Notes under the pieces: model-generated | Databases searched by the model: none | The model's input: the letters and a program-made list of their open reading frames with translations, nothing else | Told to the model about the DNA's origin: nothing | Program-made: the position numbers and the translations under genes | Part shown: positions 1-16,066 of the stretch, piece after piece | Numbering within the stretch: position 1 is the stretch's first letter | How the letters are laid out: each line of letters opens with the position of its first letter | NCBI GenBank assembly: GCA_036287865.1 | Contig: CP126743.1 | Span: forward strand, 527,846 to 591,845 | From: Fluviibacter phosphoraccumulans EoVTN8 | Lineage (GTDB): Bacteria > Pseudomonadota > Gammaproteobacteria > Burkholderiales > Rhodocyclaceae | Length of the DNA: 64,000 bases | Direction: 5' to 3'

Positions 1-1
1 T

Positions 2-316
2 CCTGTCCTTGAGCAATTGCGGACAGAGGGTATGCACCTGATTGGCCCTTTGCCTGCTGATACCTTGTTTACGCCTCGCGTTTTGCCGCAGGGTGATGCG
101 GTGCTTGCCATGTACCACGATCAGGGTCTGGCGCCCCTCAAGTACGCTACCTTTGGTCAGGGTATTAACATTACGCTGGGTTTGCCGATTATCCGTACAT
201 CGGTTGATCACGGTACGGCGTTAGACTTGGCTGGTCGTCGCTTAGATGGTGACGCAACCGCGGCGGATCCGGGCAGTCTGTATGCGGCAGTAACGCTGGC
301 TGCGCAATTGTCTTGA
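2..316 (+). CDS. pdxA: 4-hydroxythreonine-4-phosphate dehydrogenase, 3' part (5' end outside window)
   Basis: Motifs [36 protein letters not shown]; directly upstream of rsmA as usual. Confidence 0.95.
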   Translation, partial: PVLEQLRTEGMHLIGPLPADTLFTPRVLPQGDAVLAMYHDQGLAPLKYATFGQGINITLGLPIIRTSVDHGTALDLAGRRLDGDATAADPGSLYAAVTLAAQLS

Positions 317-327
317 AAGCAGGCGCA

Positions 328-1125
328 ATGAATCGACCTCTGAACAAACTGGCACAGGAAACAGGCCACAAAGCACGTAAGCGTTTTGGGCAGAACTTTC
401 TGATCGACCAGGGCATCATTCATGGCATTGTCGATGCGGTGAATCCTCGGTCCGGCGAGCAGGTTGTGGAAATTGGCCCCGGGCTTGGTGCATTGACTCA
501 ACCCCTGCTGGAACGCGCAGGCCATCTCCACGTCGTTGAGCTGGATCGGGATCTGATCACCAGACTGGAGAAAAAATATACGCGTGAGCAGATAACCATT
601 CACGCGGGGGATGCCCTGGTGTTTGACTTTTCAACGCTTGGCCCCGAGCTCAGAGTCGTGGGTAATCTTCCCTACAACATTTCGACGCCCATCCTGTTTC
701 ATCTGCTCGATAAGGTAGAAGCCATTCGAGATATCCACGCCATGTTGCAAAAGGAAGTGGTCGATCGCATGGTGGCGCCGCCAGGCCATTCGGATCGTAG
801 CCGCCTTTCTGTCATGTTACAGCGTTACTGTTATCTGGAGCCCTTGCTTGATGTGCCGCCAGAGTCATTCGACCCCGCACCTAAAGTTAATTCAGCGGTT
901 GTTCGCATGATCCCGCGCCCCATAGCGGAGCGGTTACCGGTAGACGAGACCGCATTACGTAATGTGGTGAATGCAGTATTTTCCCAACGCCGGAAAATGG
1001 TTAGAAATACACTCAAACCCTTGCTAACGAGTAAACAGATAGAGGCGGCGGGTGTTAACCCGATGGAACGCGCAGAACAGCTCAGCGAGGCAGACTTTGT
1101 CGCGCTGGCGAAGCAGCTGGCCTGA
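328..1125 (+). CDS. rsmA: 16S rRNA adenine dimethyltransferase (KsgA)
   Basis: KRFGQNFL, VEIGPGLGALT, VVGNLPYNIS, MLQKEVV; ATG at 328 preferred to the TTG at 313. Confidence 0.96.
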   Translation: MNRPLNKLAQETGHKARKRFGQNFLIDQGIIHGIVDAVNPRSGEQVVEIGPGLGALTQPLLERAGHLHVVELDRDLITRLEKKYTREQITIHAGDALVFDFSTLGPELRVVGNLPYNISTPILFHLLDKVEAIRDIHAMLQKEVVDRMVAPPGHSDRSRLSVMLQRYCYLEPLLDVPPESFDPAPKVNSAVVRMIPRPIAERLPVDETALRNVVNAVFSQRRKMVRNTLKPLLTSKQIEAAGVNPMERAEQLSEADFVALAKQLA

Positions 1126-1887
1126 TTAAAGCGTAAAGGTCGCGATCACCGGCGTGTGGTCTGAAGGCCGCTCAAGGACGCGCGGTGATTTATCAATCAC
1201 GCATTCTGTGCAACGATCAGCAAGCGGTGAGCTGGCAAGCATATGGTCAATACGCAAACCGAAATTGCGGCGGAAAGCATTCATACGATAGTCCCACCAG
1301 GAAAAGCTTTTTTCCGCCTGTTTGAATTTGCGAAATACGTCGGTTAAGCCCAGGGCTTCAAGCGCGGCGAACGCTTCGCGTTCTGGAGGCGATACATGAA
1401 TGGCTTCTTTCCAATCCGGGTGTGCATCTGCATCGGTCGGCGCAATGTTGTAATCGCCAATCACGCACAGGGATGAATGCGTATCGAGTTCGCTCTGTAG
1501 CCACGCAGTTAAGTGCTTGAGCCAATCGAGTTTATAGGCAAACTTTTCACTGCCCGGTGCCTGGCCATTCGGAAAGTAACCATTCACGACGCGCACGCCA
1601 TTGATGGTGGCGGCAATAATGCGCTGTTGGGGGTCGTTATAACCGGGAATACCCCGTTGCACATCGCTGGCAGTCGCTCGAGATAGGAGGGCAACGCCGT
1701 TGTAAGTTTTCTGACCCGCAAACACGGCTTGGTACCCGGCCGCTTGAATCGCCTCGAGCGGAAATTTTGCATCCTCGCACTTGAGTTCCTGGAGACCAAC
1801 AACATCAGGTTTAGCAGCATCTAGCCAATCCAGCAGGTGCGGTAGACGGACATTCAGCGAGTTGACATTCCAGGTGGCGATTTTCAT
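1126..1887 (-). CDS. xth: Exodeoxyribonuclease III
   Basis: MKIATWNVNS, LQELK, GDYNIAP, GLRIDH, PSDHTP. Confidence 0.95.
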   Translation of the reverse strand: MKIATWNVNSLNVRLPHLLDWLDAAKPDVVGLQELKCEDAKFPLEAIQAAGYQAVFAGQKTYNGVALLSRATASDVQRGIPGYNDPQQRIIAATINGVRVVNGYFPNGQAPGSEKFAYKLDWLKHLTAWLQSELDTHSSLCVIGDYNIAPTDADAHPDWKEAIHVSPPEREAFAALEALGLTDVFRKFKQAEKSFSWWDYRMNAFRRNFGLRIDHMLASSPLADRCTECVIDKSPRVLERPSDHTPVIATFTL

Positions 1888-1905
1888 AGTAGTCAGCAAT
1901 GGGAG

Positions 1906-2439
1906 TTAGTGGCGGGCATCATATTCCGGTGCGGTAAAGACCCAATCGGCCTGCAAGTTCGTTTGTGAGAGTGCTATGTGTAAACGCGCACGCCATCGCA
2001 TCGCACCCGTTACACAAACGGGGATGCTGCCGGTGCCGATCCATTGACCGTTGGCTTGCTGCTCGAGATGGACTCGAATAAGCCCCATGTCCATACTGTC
2101 ATCCGTGAGGTCGATCCATACCGTTTCTGGTTTATTGGTGGTCAGTACACGTTCTGGTGGTGTTAGTGTGAATGAGAGTGGGGCGCTTACCGGGATTGGA
2201 TGTGGTGTAATGCTGAATGTCCAAGGCACTTCTGATGCCACAGGCGTGATGATCGGCAACGGGCAAGCACTACGATTCAGATTGCAAGGTGGGGGTGTAA
2301 TTTGGGTTGAAAGTGGCTCGTCAGCGACCATGCTCACTAATTGCGTCTTATAAAGTTGTGACAGCACAAGAGATAGGCCGAGCAGGATCATCGCAGCCTT
2401 TGGCCACCAACGACGTTTTGTTTTCCAGATGCCAGACAT
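1906..2439 (-). CDS. Hypothetical membrane-anchored/periplasmic protein
   Basis: 177-aa ORF with N-terminal hydrophobic segment, C-x5-C, SMDMG and PVC motifs; follows the Smr gene on the same strand. Confidence 0.65.
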   Translation of the reverse strand: MSGIWKTKRRWWPKAAMILLGLSLVLSQLYKTQLVSMVADEPLSTQITPPPCNLNRSACPLPIITPVASEVPWTFSITPHPIPVSAPLSFTLTPPERVLTTNKPETVWIDLTDDSMDMGLIRVHLEQQANGQWIGTGSIPVCVTGAMRWRARLHIALSQTNLQADWVFTAPEYDARH

Positions 2440-2441
2440 TT

Positions 2442-3025
2442 TCAGGTGATATCCCTCGTGGTTTCATGGGGGTGAGGCCGGTGCTGATTTCTAAGTAACA
2501 CAATAAGCGCGCCCTCGCCGCCATCAACTGGTTTTGCCTGACAGTAAGCTAGCACCTCACGGCGTTGCACCAGCCAGTTACGTGTGAGTGTTCTTAAAAC
2601 AGCTACTTGTCCCGGTGATCTCAAGCCTCGTCCTGTGACAACGCGTACGCACCGTTGTCCCTGAAGTAAACAGCGATTCAGAAACTTGGACAGTGCTTCA
2701 CGGGCAGCATCACGCGTATGGCCATGAAGATCAATTTCGTTCTGAATGACCCAGCGTCCGCGCCGGAGATCGCGCAATACCTGCATCGATACCACTCGGT
2801 GCAGATAGGTGGGCTCATCGCCCCCCTCCAGGCGGTCTGCTAATTGGATTGGCGCATGAATGAGCTCGTGCAAAACGGCTTGCTCATCCAGTTGCCGCTG
2901 TCGTGCCACAGGCCGTGGCAGTTTCGGCGTCAGATCCGCTTGAGGGCTTGCCTTGAGCGGAGATCCGCATCAGACACATGGGCAAGAAACAGGGCTTGTT
3001 CTTCCTCGGTCAATTTTGCCGGCAT
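2442..3025 (-). pseudogene. Smr/MutS2 C-terminal domain protein, probably frameshifted near 2960
   Basis: Smr motifs IDLHG, RVVTGRG and DGGEGALIVLL in 2442-2909. Likely N-terminus MPAKLTEEEQALFL (ATG 3025) is in another frame and stops near 2930. A truncated product from GTG 2909 cannot be excluded. Confidence 0.6.
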
Positions 3026-3054
3026 GTGGATGTACCGGTCTACAACCCGAAGTC

Positions 3055-4104
<1,050 letters not shown>

Positions 4105-4167
4105 CTACAGGGATTATAATCGTTCCTTACGTCATCACCAGCCTGATATAGAGCTTTCCATTTATTC

Positions 4168-6495
4168 ATGACTCGACTTTTCAGCCGATCCGTTACCCAG
4201 CGCATTGATGGCCCTTTGACGCTCCCGCAACGTATTAGAGCGTTGATGCAGGAAGCGCGCTGGGCTGTTCTGGGGTTTGTAGCGCTTGTCGCCGTGCTTG
4301 CCCTTTGGGGGTTTAACCCGGCAGATCCTGCCTGGTCGCATTCTGGCCCAGCGGGACGAGTCACTAATCCTATGGGCCGTTTTGGTGCCTGGATGGCCGA
4401 CTTGTTGTTTTATCTGTTTGGTGGAGCAGCCTGGCTTTGGGCGCTATTACCACTGGTACTTATTCTGATTGGTTGGTCAGAGCGTAAACGGGCACTGCGT
4501 GAAGCGGTGGAACCGGAAGTGCGCCCACTCTGGCTGACGATGGGTGGTTTTTTAGCGCTGCTGGTTTGCATGTCGACATTTGCAGCACTCCGTTTTCATA
4601 CGAGTGGTGCAACAATGCCAATGGGGCCAGGCGGCGTGGTGGGCAAAGGCCTTGCTACTGTTGTTGGACAAGCGTTCGGGTTTACCGGTGCTACCTTGAT
4701 TATGGCTTGCCTGTTGTTGTTGAGTTGGCGTGTATTTAGTGGTCTACCCTGGATGGTGCTTTTTGAGCGAACCGGCACATTGATGGAAGGCGCAGTTGTC
4801 GGCGGTGGTCGCGCAGTCGAGAGTTGGCAAGATCGTCGTATCGGCAAGGAAGTGGCGCAACAGCGCGAGGCCACCGTTGAGTTAAAACGTGCAGAGCCTA
4901 TGGAGCCGGTGTTTATTGAACCGGCAGCGCCTGTAGAAGTGCACGTATCCCGTAAAGCCGTGCAGCGCAAAGAGCGCGAGAAACAGGTGCCGCTGTTCCC
5001 TGAAGCAGTTGTCGGCGGCACTTTGCCACCGCTGAGCTTGCTGGATCCGGCGCAACCGCCGACCGACATGCCTACCGATGAGACGTTGCAGTTCACCTCA
5101 CGCTTGATAGAAACCCGTCTGGGTGATTTTGGCGTCGAAGTGAAAGTGATTGCTGCCTATCCGGGTCCCGTGGTCACTCGTTACGAAATCGAACCTGCAG
5201 TTGGCGTTAAAGGTGCGCAAATCGTAAACCTGGCTCGAGATCTGGCACGTGCGCTGGCATTGGTGTCCGTGCGCGTGGTTGAAACCGTGCCCGGTAAATC
5301 CTGCATGGCGTTGGAACTGCCGAACCCCAAAAGACAAACCGTACGATTGTCGGAAATCCTTTCTTCCCGCCCGTATCACAACATGGGTTCGCCACTCACG
5401 GTGGCATTGGGCAAAGACATTGGCGGCGTCTCTATCGTTGCCGATCTGGCCAAAATGCCGCACTTGCTGGTGGCCGGTACCACAGGCTCTGGCAAATCAG
5501 TGGGCGTGAACGCCATGATTCTGTCGATGCTCTATAAGGCTGAACCAGAATCCGTGCGATTGATCTTGGTTGACCCCAAGATGCTGGAGTTGTCGATTTA
5601 TGAAGGCATCCCGCACTTGTTGGCACCGGTAGTCACCGATATGCGTCAGGCCGCCAACGCGCTCACCTGGTGCGTGGCGGAAATGGAACGCCGCTATAAG
5701 ATCATGTCTAAACTGGGCGTGCGTAATCTGGCGAGTGCCAACGAACACATCAAAGCAGCGGCGGAGAAAGGCGAACCGATCCCTAATCCACTAACGCTCA
5801 CGCCAGAAGCGCCAGAGCCGCTACGTAGCATGCCGTACATTGTTGTGGTGATCGACGAATTGGCTGACCTGATGATGGTGGCCGGTAAGAAAGTAGAAGA
5901 GCTGATTGCCCGACTGGCGCAGAAGGCTCGCGCATCCGGCATACATTTGATTTTGGCAACCCAGCGACCAAGCGTGGATGTGATTACCGGTCTCATCAAA
6001 GCCAACATTCCGACGCGTATTGCCTTCCAGGTATCCAGCAAGATTGACTCGCGCACCATTCTTGATCAGATGGGCGCTGAAGCGCTGCTCGGCCAGGGTG
6101 ACATGTTGTACTTGCCGCCGGGTACCGGGTACCCGCAGCGGGTGCATGGCGCTTTTGTGGCCGATGAAGAAGTGCCTCGCGTCGTTGATTACCTCAAGTC
6201 GATGGGCGCCCCGGAATACGAAGAAGGCATTCTCACGGGTGCCACCGAAGGCGATGGAGAAGGCGGCGAGGGTGGCGACAATGATGCCGAAGCAGACCCG
6301 CTGTATGACCAAGCCGTTGAAATCGTCCTCAAGAATCGTCGTGCCTCCATCTCACTGGTGCAGCGTCATCTGCGGATTGGGTATAACCGCTCGGCACGTC
6401 TGATCGAAGCCATGGAAAAGGCAGGGTTGGTATCCAGCATGGATGGCCGTGGTGGTCGCGAAGTGTTAGCACCTAACCGTGCCGGTGACGAGTAA
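4168..6495 (+). CDS. ftsK: DNA translocase FtsK
   Basis: N-terminal TM region, Walker [21 protein letters not shown], gamma domain LQ-like [13 protein letters not shown]. Confidence 0.97.
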   Translation: MTRLFSRSVTQRIDGPLTLPQRIRALMQEARWAVLGFVALVAVLALWGFNPADPAWSHSGPAGRVTNPMGRFGAWMADLLFYLFGGAAWLWALLPLVLILIGWSERKRALREAVEPEVRPLWLTMGGFLALLVCMSTFAALRFHTSGATMPMGPGGVVGKGLATVVGQAFGFTGATLIMACLLLLSWRVFSGLPWMVLFERTGTLMEGAVVGGGRAVESWQDRRIGKEVAQQREATVELKRAEPMEPVFIEPAAPVEVHVSRKAVQRKEREKQVPLFPEAVVGGTLPPLSLLDPAQPPTDMPTDETLQFTSRLIETRLGDFGVEVKVIAAYPGPVVTRYEIEPAVGVKGAQIVNLARDLARALALVSVRVVETVPGKSCMALELPNPKRQTVRLSEILSSRPYHNMGSPLTVALGKDIGGVSIVADLAKMPHLLVAGTTGSGKSVGVNAMILSMLYKAEPESVRLILVDPKMLELSIYEGIPHLLAPVVTDMRQAANALTWCVAEMERRYKIMSKLGVRNLASANEHIKAAAEKGEPIPNPLTLTPEAPEPLRSMPYIVVVIDELADLMMVAGKKVEELIARLAQKARASGIHLILATQRPSVDVITGLIKANIPTRIAFQVSSKIDSRTILDQMGAEALLGQGDMLYLPPGTGYPQRVHGAFVADEEVPRVVDYLKSMGAPEYEEGILTGATEGDGEGGEGGDNDAEADPLYDQAVEIVLKNRRASISLVQRHLRIGYNRSARLIEAMEKAGLVSSMDGRGGREVLAPNRAGDE

Positions 6496-6499
6496 CCGC

Positions 6500-7117
6500 A
6501 TGTTTTTTAAAAGGACCTCGCTCGCATTGTTGGCAACCTGCTGTCTGGCTTCTGGTTCGGCTTGGGCAGACAGCATTGCTGACCTCAAAACCTGGTTGCA
6601 GGGCACACGTACGCTCAAAGCCAACTTTGCTCAAACATCGGCGGGCGGTATTGGTGGTGGCAAAAGTCAGGGCACGATGGCCATTAGCCGTCCTGGCAAA
6701 TTCCGCTGGTCGATCAATAAACCCTACTCACAGCTTATGGTGGGGGATGGTAGCCGTATCTGGCTCTACGACCCGGAACTCAAGCAGGTGATTGTTCGTA
6801 AATCCGAAAAAGCTCTCGGTGGCACACCGGTCGCGTTGCTGGCGGGCGATAACGATGCCGAGCAGCGATTTAATTTCAAAGCCGATGGCGAACATGCCGG
6901 TGCTGAATGGGTGATTGCAGAGCCTAAACAGAATGACACGGGCTTTGTACGTATTCGTATTGGCTTAGCCGGAAACGAACTCAAAGGCATGGTGCTGGAA
7001 GATAGTTTCGGTCAGGTCACCACCTTGGCGTTTACCAACGTGGTGCGTAATGGTGATGCTCCGGCCAGCCTGTTCCGCTTTACGCCACCGGCTGGCGCCG
7101 ATGTGCTCAAACAATAA
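6500..7117 (+). CDS. lolA: Outer membrane lipoprotein chaperone LolA
   Basis: Signal peptide, [34 protein letters not shown]; ftsK-lolA-rarA-serS synteny. Confidence 0.94.
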   Translation: MFFKRTSLALLATCCLASGSAWADSIADLKTWLQGTRTLKANFAQTSAGGIGGGKSQGTMAISRPGKFRWSINKPYSQLMVGDGSRIWLYDPELKQVIVRKSEKALGGTPVALLAGDNDAEQRFNFKADGEHAGAEWVIAEPKQNDTGFVRIRIGLAGNELKGMVLEDSFGQVTTLAFTNVVRNGDAPASLFRFTPPAGADVLKQ

Positions 7118-7122
7118 GCGCT

Positions 7123-11290
<4,168 letters not shown>

Positions 11291-11358
11291 TTTAGCGGCA
11301 GACTCCCTGTGATGGTGTTGGTGCCATGGCTTTGGGGTGCTTCAGAAATGGCAGAACG

Positions 11359-11367
11359 TGCTACAAT
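11359..11367 (+). promoter_or_regulatory. Probable extended -10 element (TGnTACAAT) of tRNA-Ser(CGA)
   Basis: TGCTACAAT followed by a GC-rich discriminator 9 nt before the tRNA. Confidence 0.5.
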
Positions 11368-11376
11368 TCGCGCGTC

Positions 11377-11464
<88 letters not shown>

Positions 11465-11477
11465 AATTATTGCACAG

Positions 11478-11503
11478 CCCGCTGATTCGGCGGGTTTTTT
11501 TTT
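11478..11503 (+). terminator. Intrinsic terminator after tRNA-Ser(CGA)
   Basis: CCCGCTG-ATT-CGGCGGG hairpin followed by T9. Confidence 0.85.
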
Positions 11504-11520
11504 ATTGCTTTTTGAATGGG

Positions 11521-12225
11521 TTAACGCAAGCCTGATGCTACGCCGATTGCCGTTTTAACCCATTGGCTGGCAAGGATCTGAAACTTCTCTGGTGAATCCA
11601 CTTCCCGGCGGAACTGATCGCTGGAAACCAGGTAAACCCCTTCGCCCAGTAGTTTGCCCGAGACGCTGTCCAGCAGCTTGGTTTCTACCATCAGTTGGGG
11701 TTGGCTACCATCAATGTTGGCGCCTTTACCCGCAGCTCTGAGTACTGTGCCGATAGGTACCAGACGTTTAGGTCGGAAAGTGCCGCCATCAACGATAACC
11801 CCTGTAATGGCCGTGCTTAGCCTGGCAACACGCTGTCCTGGTTTGTAACTGATACCAAATTGTTTACGGACTAACTGGCGCATGGAAATATCCATGGTGT
11901 TGCGAATGCGATAAATAGTTTCTTCAGTGATCCCATTTTTGCCCAGATCCTTGTCGGCAGCCTGATACAACACGATTGGGTCGACCATTACCGCGCGAAA
12001 GTCGGTACGTTTGAACTCGGGGTTCAGATAGCGGTAGATTTTTACCCCTGGTTGCGTGGAAACGAGTTTTAGCCGGTCGTAATCTGCGGCATCAATGAAT
12101 TCGTTGGGATCTTGCTTTGGCACGCTTGCACAGGCGACGATTAAACAGCCGATGACACCCAGACAAAGGCGTGTGTAGAGGCGTTTAAAGGCAGAGGATG
12201 AGGCGGAAACTGATAGTCGAGTCAC
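11521..12225 (-). CDS. DUF3313-like lipoprotein
   Basis: Lipobox-like IVAC; VMVDPIVLY, RLSTAITGV and ETKLLDSVSGKLLG resemble DUF3313 proteins. Confidence 0.65.
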   Translation of the reverse strand: MTRLSVSASSSAFKRLYTRLCLGVIGCLIVACASVPKQDPNEFIDAADYDRLKLVSTQPGVKIYRYLNPEFKRTDFRAVMVDPIVLYQAADKDLGKNGITEETIYRIRNTMDISMRQLVRKQFGISYKPGQRVARLSTAITGVIVDGGTFRPKRLVPIGTVLRAAGKGANIDGSQPQLMVETKLLDSVSGKLLGEGVYLVSSDQFRREVDSPEKFQILASQWVKTAIGVASGLR

Positions 12226-12299
12226 GTGTCAGACCGGATCGGCAAGATCGCGGTGTCAATGAGATAATGTAGTCATTATAAATGGTTGAGTAACAATAC

Positions 12300-13313
12300 A
12301 TGTCTCGTCACTTTCTGGTCACCGGTGCCGCAGGTTTTATCGGTATGCATACGGCCATGCGCCTCCTTGAACGAGGCGATACCTTTGTGGGCTTGGATAA
12401 TCTGAACGATTACTACGATCCGGCCCTCAAACAGGGCCGTCTGGAAGTGCTGGCCAAGTATCCGGGCTTCCGTTTTATCAAGGGCGATCTGGTTGATCGT
12501 GAATTGATGTCCGCTTTATTTGCCACGGAGCAGTTTGATGGCGTTGTTCATCTGGCAGCACAGGCCGGCGTGCGTTATTCCGTGACTAATCCCCACACCT
12601 ATGCCGACTGTAACCTGACCGGCTTTTTGAATGTGCTGGAAGGCTGTCGCCAGAATAAGGTTGGGCATCTGGTGTACGCCTCTAGTTCCAGCGTGTACGG
12701 CGGCAACGAAAAGATGCCGTTCTCCGAGGCAGATAGTGTGGATCACCCGGTGAGCCTTTACGCCGCCACCAAGCGCGCCAATGAGCTCATGGCACATAGC
12801 TACAGTCACCTGTATAACCTGCCCGTGACGGGGCTACGCTTCTTTACGGTGTATGGCCCTTGGGGTCGCCCGGATCAGTCGTTATTTCTGTTTGTTAGCG
12901 CCATGCTAAAGAACGAGCCGATCAAGGTGTTCAACGAAGGCAAGATGCGTCGGGACTTTACTTATATCGACGATATCGTCGAAGGCGTAATCCGCGTGCT
13001 TGATAAGCCGGCAACGCCGGATGCCGGTTTTGATGCGCAGCATCCGCTGCCGCATACGGGGCGTGCGCCTTATCGTATCTTCAATATTGGTAATAGTGAT
13101 CCGGTACCGCTGATGGATTTTATTGAGGCGATTGAAGCCTCGTTGGCGATGACTGCCCAGAAAAACTATCTACCCTTGCAGGCGGGAGATGTAACCGAAA
13201 CCTTTGCCGATACCGGTGCGCTCGATGCCTGGGTAGGTTTCAAGCCTGCGATGACTGTGCCTGAAGGCGTGGGGCGGTTTGTTGATTGGTACCGCGCTTA
13301 TTACAAGGTTTAA
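12300..13313 (+). CDS. NAD-dependent epimerase, UDP-glucuronate 4-epimerase type
   Basis: VTGAAGFIG, HLAAQAGVRYS, YASSSSVYG, YAATK, GLRFFTVYGPWGRPD. Confidence 0.9.
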   Translation: MSRHFLVTGAAGFIGMHTAMRLLERGDTFVGLDNLNDYYDPALKQGRLEVLAKYPGFRFIKGDLVDRELMSALFATEQFDGVVHLAAQAGVRYSVTNPHTYADCNLTGFLNVLEGCRQNKVGHLVYASSSSVYGGNEKMPFSEADSVDHPVSLYAATKRANELMAHSYSHLYNLPVTGLRFFTVYGPWGRPDQSLFLFVSAMLKNEPIKVFNEGKMRRDFTYIDDIVEGVIRVLDKPATPDAGFDAQHPLPHTGRAPYRIFNIGNSDPVPLMDFIEAIEASLAMTAQKNYLPLQAGDVTETFADTGALDAWVGFKPAMTVPEGVGRFVDWYRAYYKV

Positions 13314-13370
13314 TCAGCATTTTGTCATCAATTTGAGATCTGCCTGAGCCAGACTAAGCATTTATCTAGA

Positions 13371-14582
13371 ATGGAAAGCATCATGAATCAGCCCCTTCCC
13401 GCATTGCTTTGTTTGAATGCCGGTTCTTCCAGTGTGAAGTTTTCTCTGTATCGGGCGGGGGGTGATGATCCGGAATTTCTGTTGGGTGGCCAGATCGAGG
13501 GCATGCTGACACAACCACACTTCAAGGCAACAGATGCACAGGGTAATACGCTGAATGAGCGCCATTGGGATCAACTCCAACGACGGTCCGAAGCGGTTGA
13601 AATCATTCTGGAGTTTGTGAAATCAGCAGCCAAAGGGTATAAGCTCGCGGCCGTGGGGCACCGGATCGTACTGGGCGGTACGGAGTTCCCGCATTCGGTG
13701 GTGGTTAATGATGCTGTCCTGGATGTGTTGGATCATTACGCGCCCATCGTGCCAAGCCACCAACCTGCCGAGATTGAGTCGATCCGTTTGTTGCGTGCCA
13801 GCCACCCTGATCTGATACAGGTGGCGTGCTTTGATTCTGCTTTTCACCGTACCAAGTCTGAAGTTGCCAATCTTTATGCGCTGCCATTAAGTTACCGCGA
13901 TAAAGGTATTCGTCGTTGGGGCTTTCATGGCCTATCGTATGACTACATTAGCTCGCAATTGCCGAAGCTGTCGCCGCGTCTGGCTGCGGGCAAAACCGTC
14001 GTAATGCATCTGGGGAGCGGTGTTAGTCTGTGTGGTTTGTCTACTGGCAAAAGCGTATATACGTCGATGGGCTTTTCGCCGCTCGACGGTTTGATGATGG
14101 GCACGCGTTGTGGCTCACTCGATCCGATGATCCCGATTTATCTGATGGATCAGTACAAGATGACGCCGGCTGCGATTGAAAAACTATTCATCAAGGAATC
14201 TGGCTTGCTCGGTGTTTCGGGCATCTCGAATGACATGCGTGATCTGGAAGTCAGTTCGGACAAGTATGCTCAGCTGGCGATCGATCTCTTTGTTTATATG
14301 TTGGCGCAGCAAACGGGTACTGCTATGGCATCGATTCAAGGGCTTGATGGCATCGTCTTTACGGCAGGGATTGGTGAGCGCTCACCATTAATTCGCGCCA
14401 AAGCTTGTGCAGCACTTGGTTGGGCTGGCATAGTCATAGATCCTGCCCTGAATGAAATCAAAAGCGGTGCAGCGCGTCGTATTTCTAGCGAGCAGAGTCA
14501 GATTGAAGTTTGGGTCATTCCAACGGATGAAGAATCAGTGATTGCCCGTGATACCTGGAAGCTATGCGCTGCAATTGGTTAA
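13371..14582 (+). CDS. ackA: Acetate/propionate kinase
   Basis: LNAGSSSVKF, GFHGLSY, SMGFSPLDGLMMGTR, FTAGIGE, IPTDEE; alternative ATG at 13383. Confidence 0.9.
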   Translation: MESIMNQPLPALLCLNAGSSSVKFSLYRAGGDDPEFLLGGQIEGMLTQPHFKATDAQGNTLNERHWDQLQRRSEAVEIILEFVKSAAKGYKLAAVGHRIVLGGTEFPHSVVVNDAVLDVLDHYAPIVPSHQPAEIESIRLLRASHPDLIQVACFDSAFHRTKSEVANLYALPLSYRDKGIRRWGFHGLSYDYISSQLPKLSPRLAAGKTVVMHLGSGVSLCGLSTGKSVYTSMGFSPLDGLMMGTRCGSLDPMIPIYLMDQYKMTPAAIEKLFIKESGLLGVSGISNDMRDLEVSSDKYAQLAIDLFVYMLAQQTGTAMASIQGLDGIVFTAGIGERSPLIRAKACAALGWAGIVIDPALNEIKSGAARRISSEQSQIEVWVIPTDEESVIARDTWKLCAAIG

Positions 14583-16066
14583 AGAGGCACCATCCATTGA
14601 ATAAGTATTTGTGGCAGATTGGCTGCGGTAGTGCTATCGCTATTGCCTTAACTGCTTGTGCGCCTATGCCGGCGCTCGGCCCGGTGCCGGATGCCAAGTC
14701 ACCTGATACATTTAAAAGCGCTTCGACACTTCAGGCGCCGGAAGCCAGTTGGCCAGCTGATCACTGGTGGGAAAAGTATGGCGATGCACAGCTTAATCAA
14801 CTGATTGAAGAAGGTCTGGCGGGATCACCCGATTTGAAAGCGGCGCAGGCACGCCTACGACGTTCGGAAGCTCAGTCGCAGTCTGTGGGGTCAATTCTGT
14901 ATCCGCAACTATCGGCCAATGGCACCGTGTTCGGTCAGGAGGCCAGTACCAATTACATTGTGCCGGCGCCCTATACACCGCAGGGCTGGTATTCGTATGG
15001 TCAAGCCACGCTTAATTTCAGTTGGGAAATTGACTTCTGGGGTAAAAACCGTGCGGCACTTGCTGCAGCCGTGTCCGAAAGCCAGGCCCGCAGTGCCGAT
15101 GTGGCACAGGCTAAGCTGATGCTCACGACATCCATTACCCGTAGCTATGCAGACCTGGCGAGACTCATGGCCGATAGGGTTACCGCTGAAAAAGCACTGG
15201 ATATCCGTACTAAGACCTGGACACTGTTTGCTGAGCGGCAGAAGCAGGGTTTGGAAAACATGGGCGCAGTCAGTCAAGCCGAGGGTAAAAAGAGTCTGGC
15301 GGAAAACGACCTGGTACAGATTGATGTACGCATTGCAGAAACACGCAATCGCCTGGTTGCATTGGTGGGGGCAGGTCCTGACCGGGGCGCTCAGATCAAG
15401 CCGCCCAACAACCTGATCAAAGCAAACTATGCGCTGCCACTGGACATTGACATTAACCTTGTCGGGCGTCGTCCGGATATTGTGGCGAGCAGGTGGCAGG
15501 CAGAAGCTAGCCAGAGTCGTATCGAACAACGTAAAGCAGCGTTTTATCCGAACGTGAATATTCTTGCTTTTGTGGGGGCGCAATCGCTGGGCATTAACAA
15601 GCTGGTTGAGTCTGGCTCGTACATAAGCAATGCAGGCCCGGCTATTTACCTGCCATTATTTCTGGGCGGCAAGTTGCGGGCAGATCTCAAGGTAGCACGG
15701 GCTGACTATGACGAGAGCGTGGCCAATTACGAGAAGACGCTCATTCAAGCGTTGAATGAAGTCGCCGATGTGGCGGCAGGCTTGAAGCAACTGCAAAAGC
15801 AGGTGCGCCTGGCAGATCAGAGTGTTGCAGCGCAAACCCGGGGTTTAACTGTGGCGGCGAACCGTTATAAGGGTGGTTTGGCGAATTATCTGGATGTACT
15901 GGTGGCTGAGGATGAGTTGCTCACCAGCTGGCGTGTGCAGACAGATGTGCGTACGCGTGCCTTTATTCTGGACGTAGCGCTAACCAAGGCGTTGGGTGGT
16001 GGTTACCAGATAGATCTGGCCGCTGTGCGTCAACAAGATAAAACGAGCGAGGAGTTTCCCCAATGA
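14564..16066 (+). CDS. Efflux outer membrane factor lipoprotein (NodT/OprM family)
   Basis: Lipobox LTAC, DHWWEKYGD, SWEIDFWG, RRPDI, FYPNV, LTKALGGGY. Confidence 0.9.
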   Translation: MRCNWLKRHHPLNKYLWQIGCGSAIAIALTACAPMPALGPVPDAKSPDTFKSASTLQAPEASWPADHWWEKYGDAQLNQLIEEGLAGSPDLKAAQARLRRSEAQSQSVGSILYPQLSANGTVFGQEASTNYIVPAPYTPQGWYSYGQATLNFSWEIDFWGKNRAALAAAVSESQARSADVAQAKLMLTTSITRSYADLARLMADRVTAEKALDIRTKTWTLFAERQKQGLENMGAVSQAEGKKSLAENDLVQIDVRIAETRNRLVALVGAGPDRGAQIKPPNNLIKANYALPLDIDINLVGRRPDIVASRWQAEASQSRIEQRKAAFYPNVNILAFVGAQSLGINKLVESGSYISNAGPAIYLPLFLGGKLRADLKVARADYDESVANYEKTLIQALNEVADVAAGLKQLQKQVRLADQSVAAQTRGLTVAANRYKGGLANYLDVLVAEDELLTSWRVQTDVRTRAFILDVALTKALGGGYQIDLAAVRQQDKTSEEFPQ

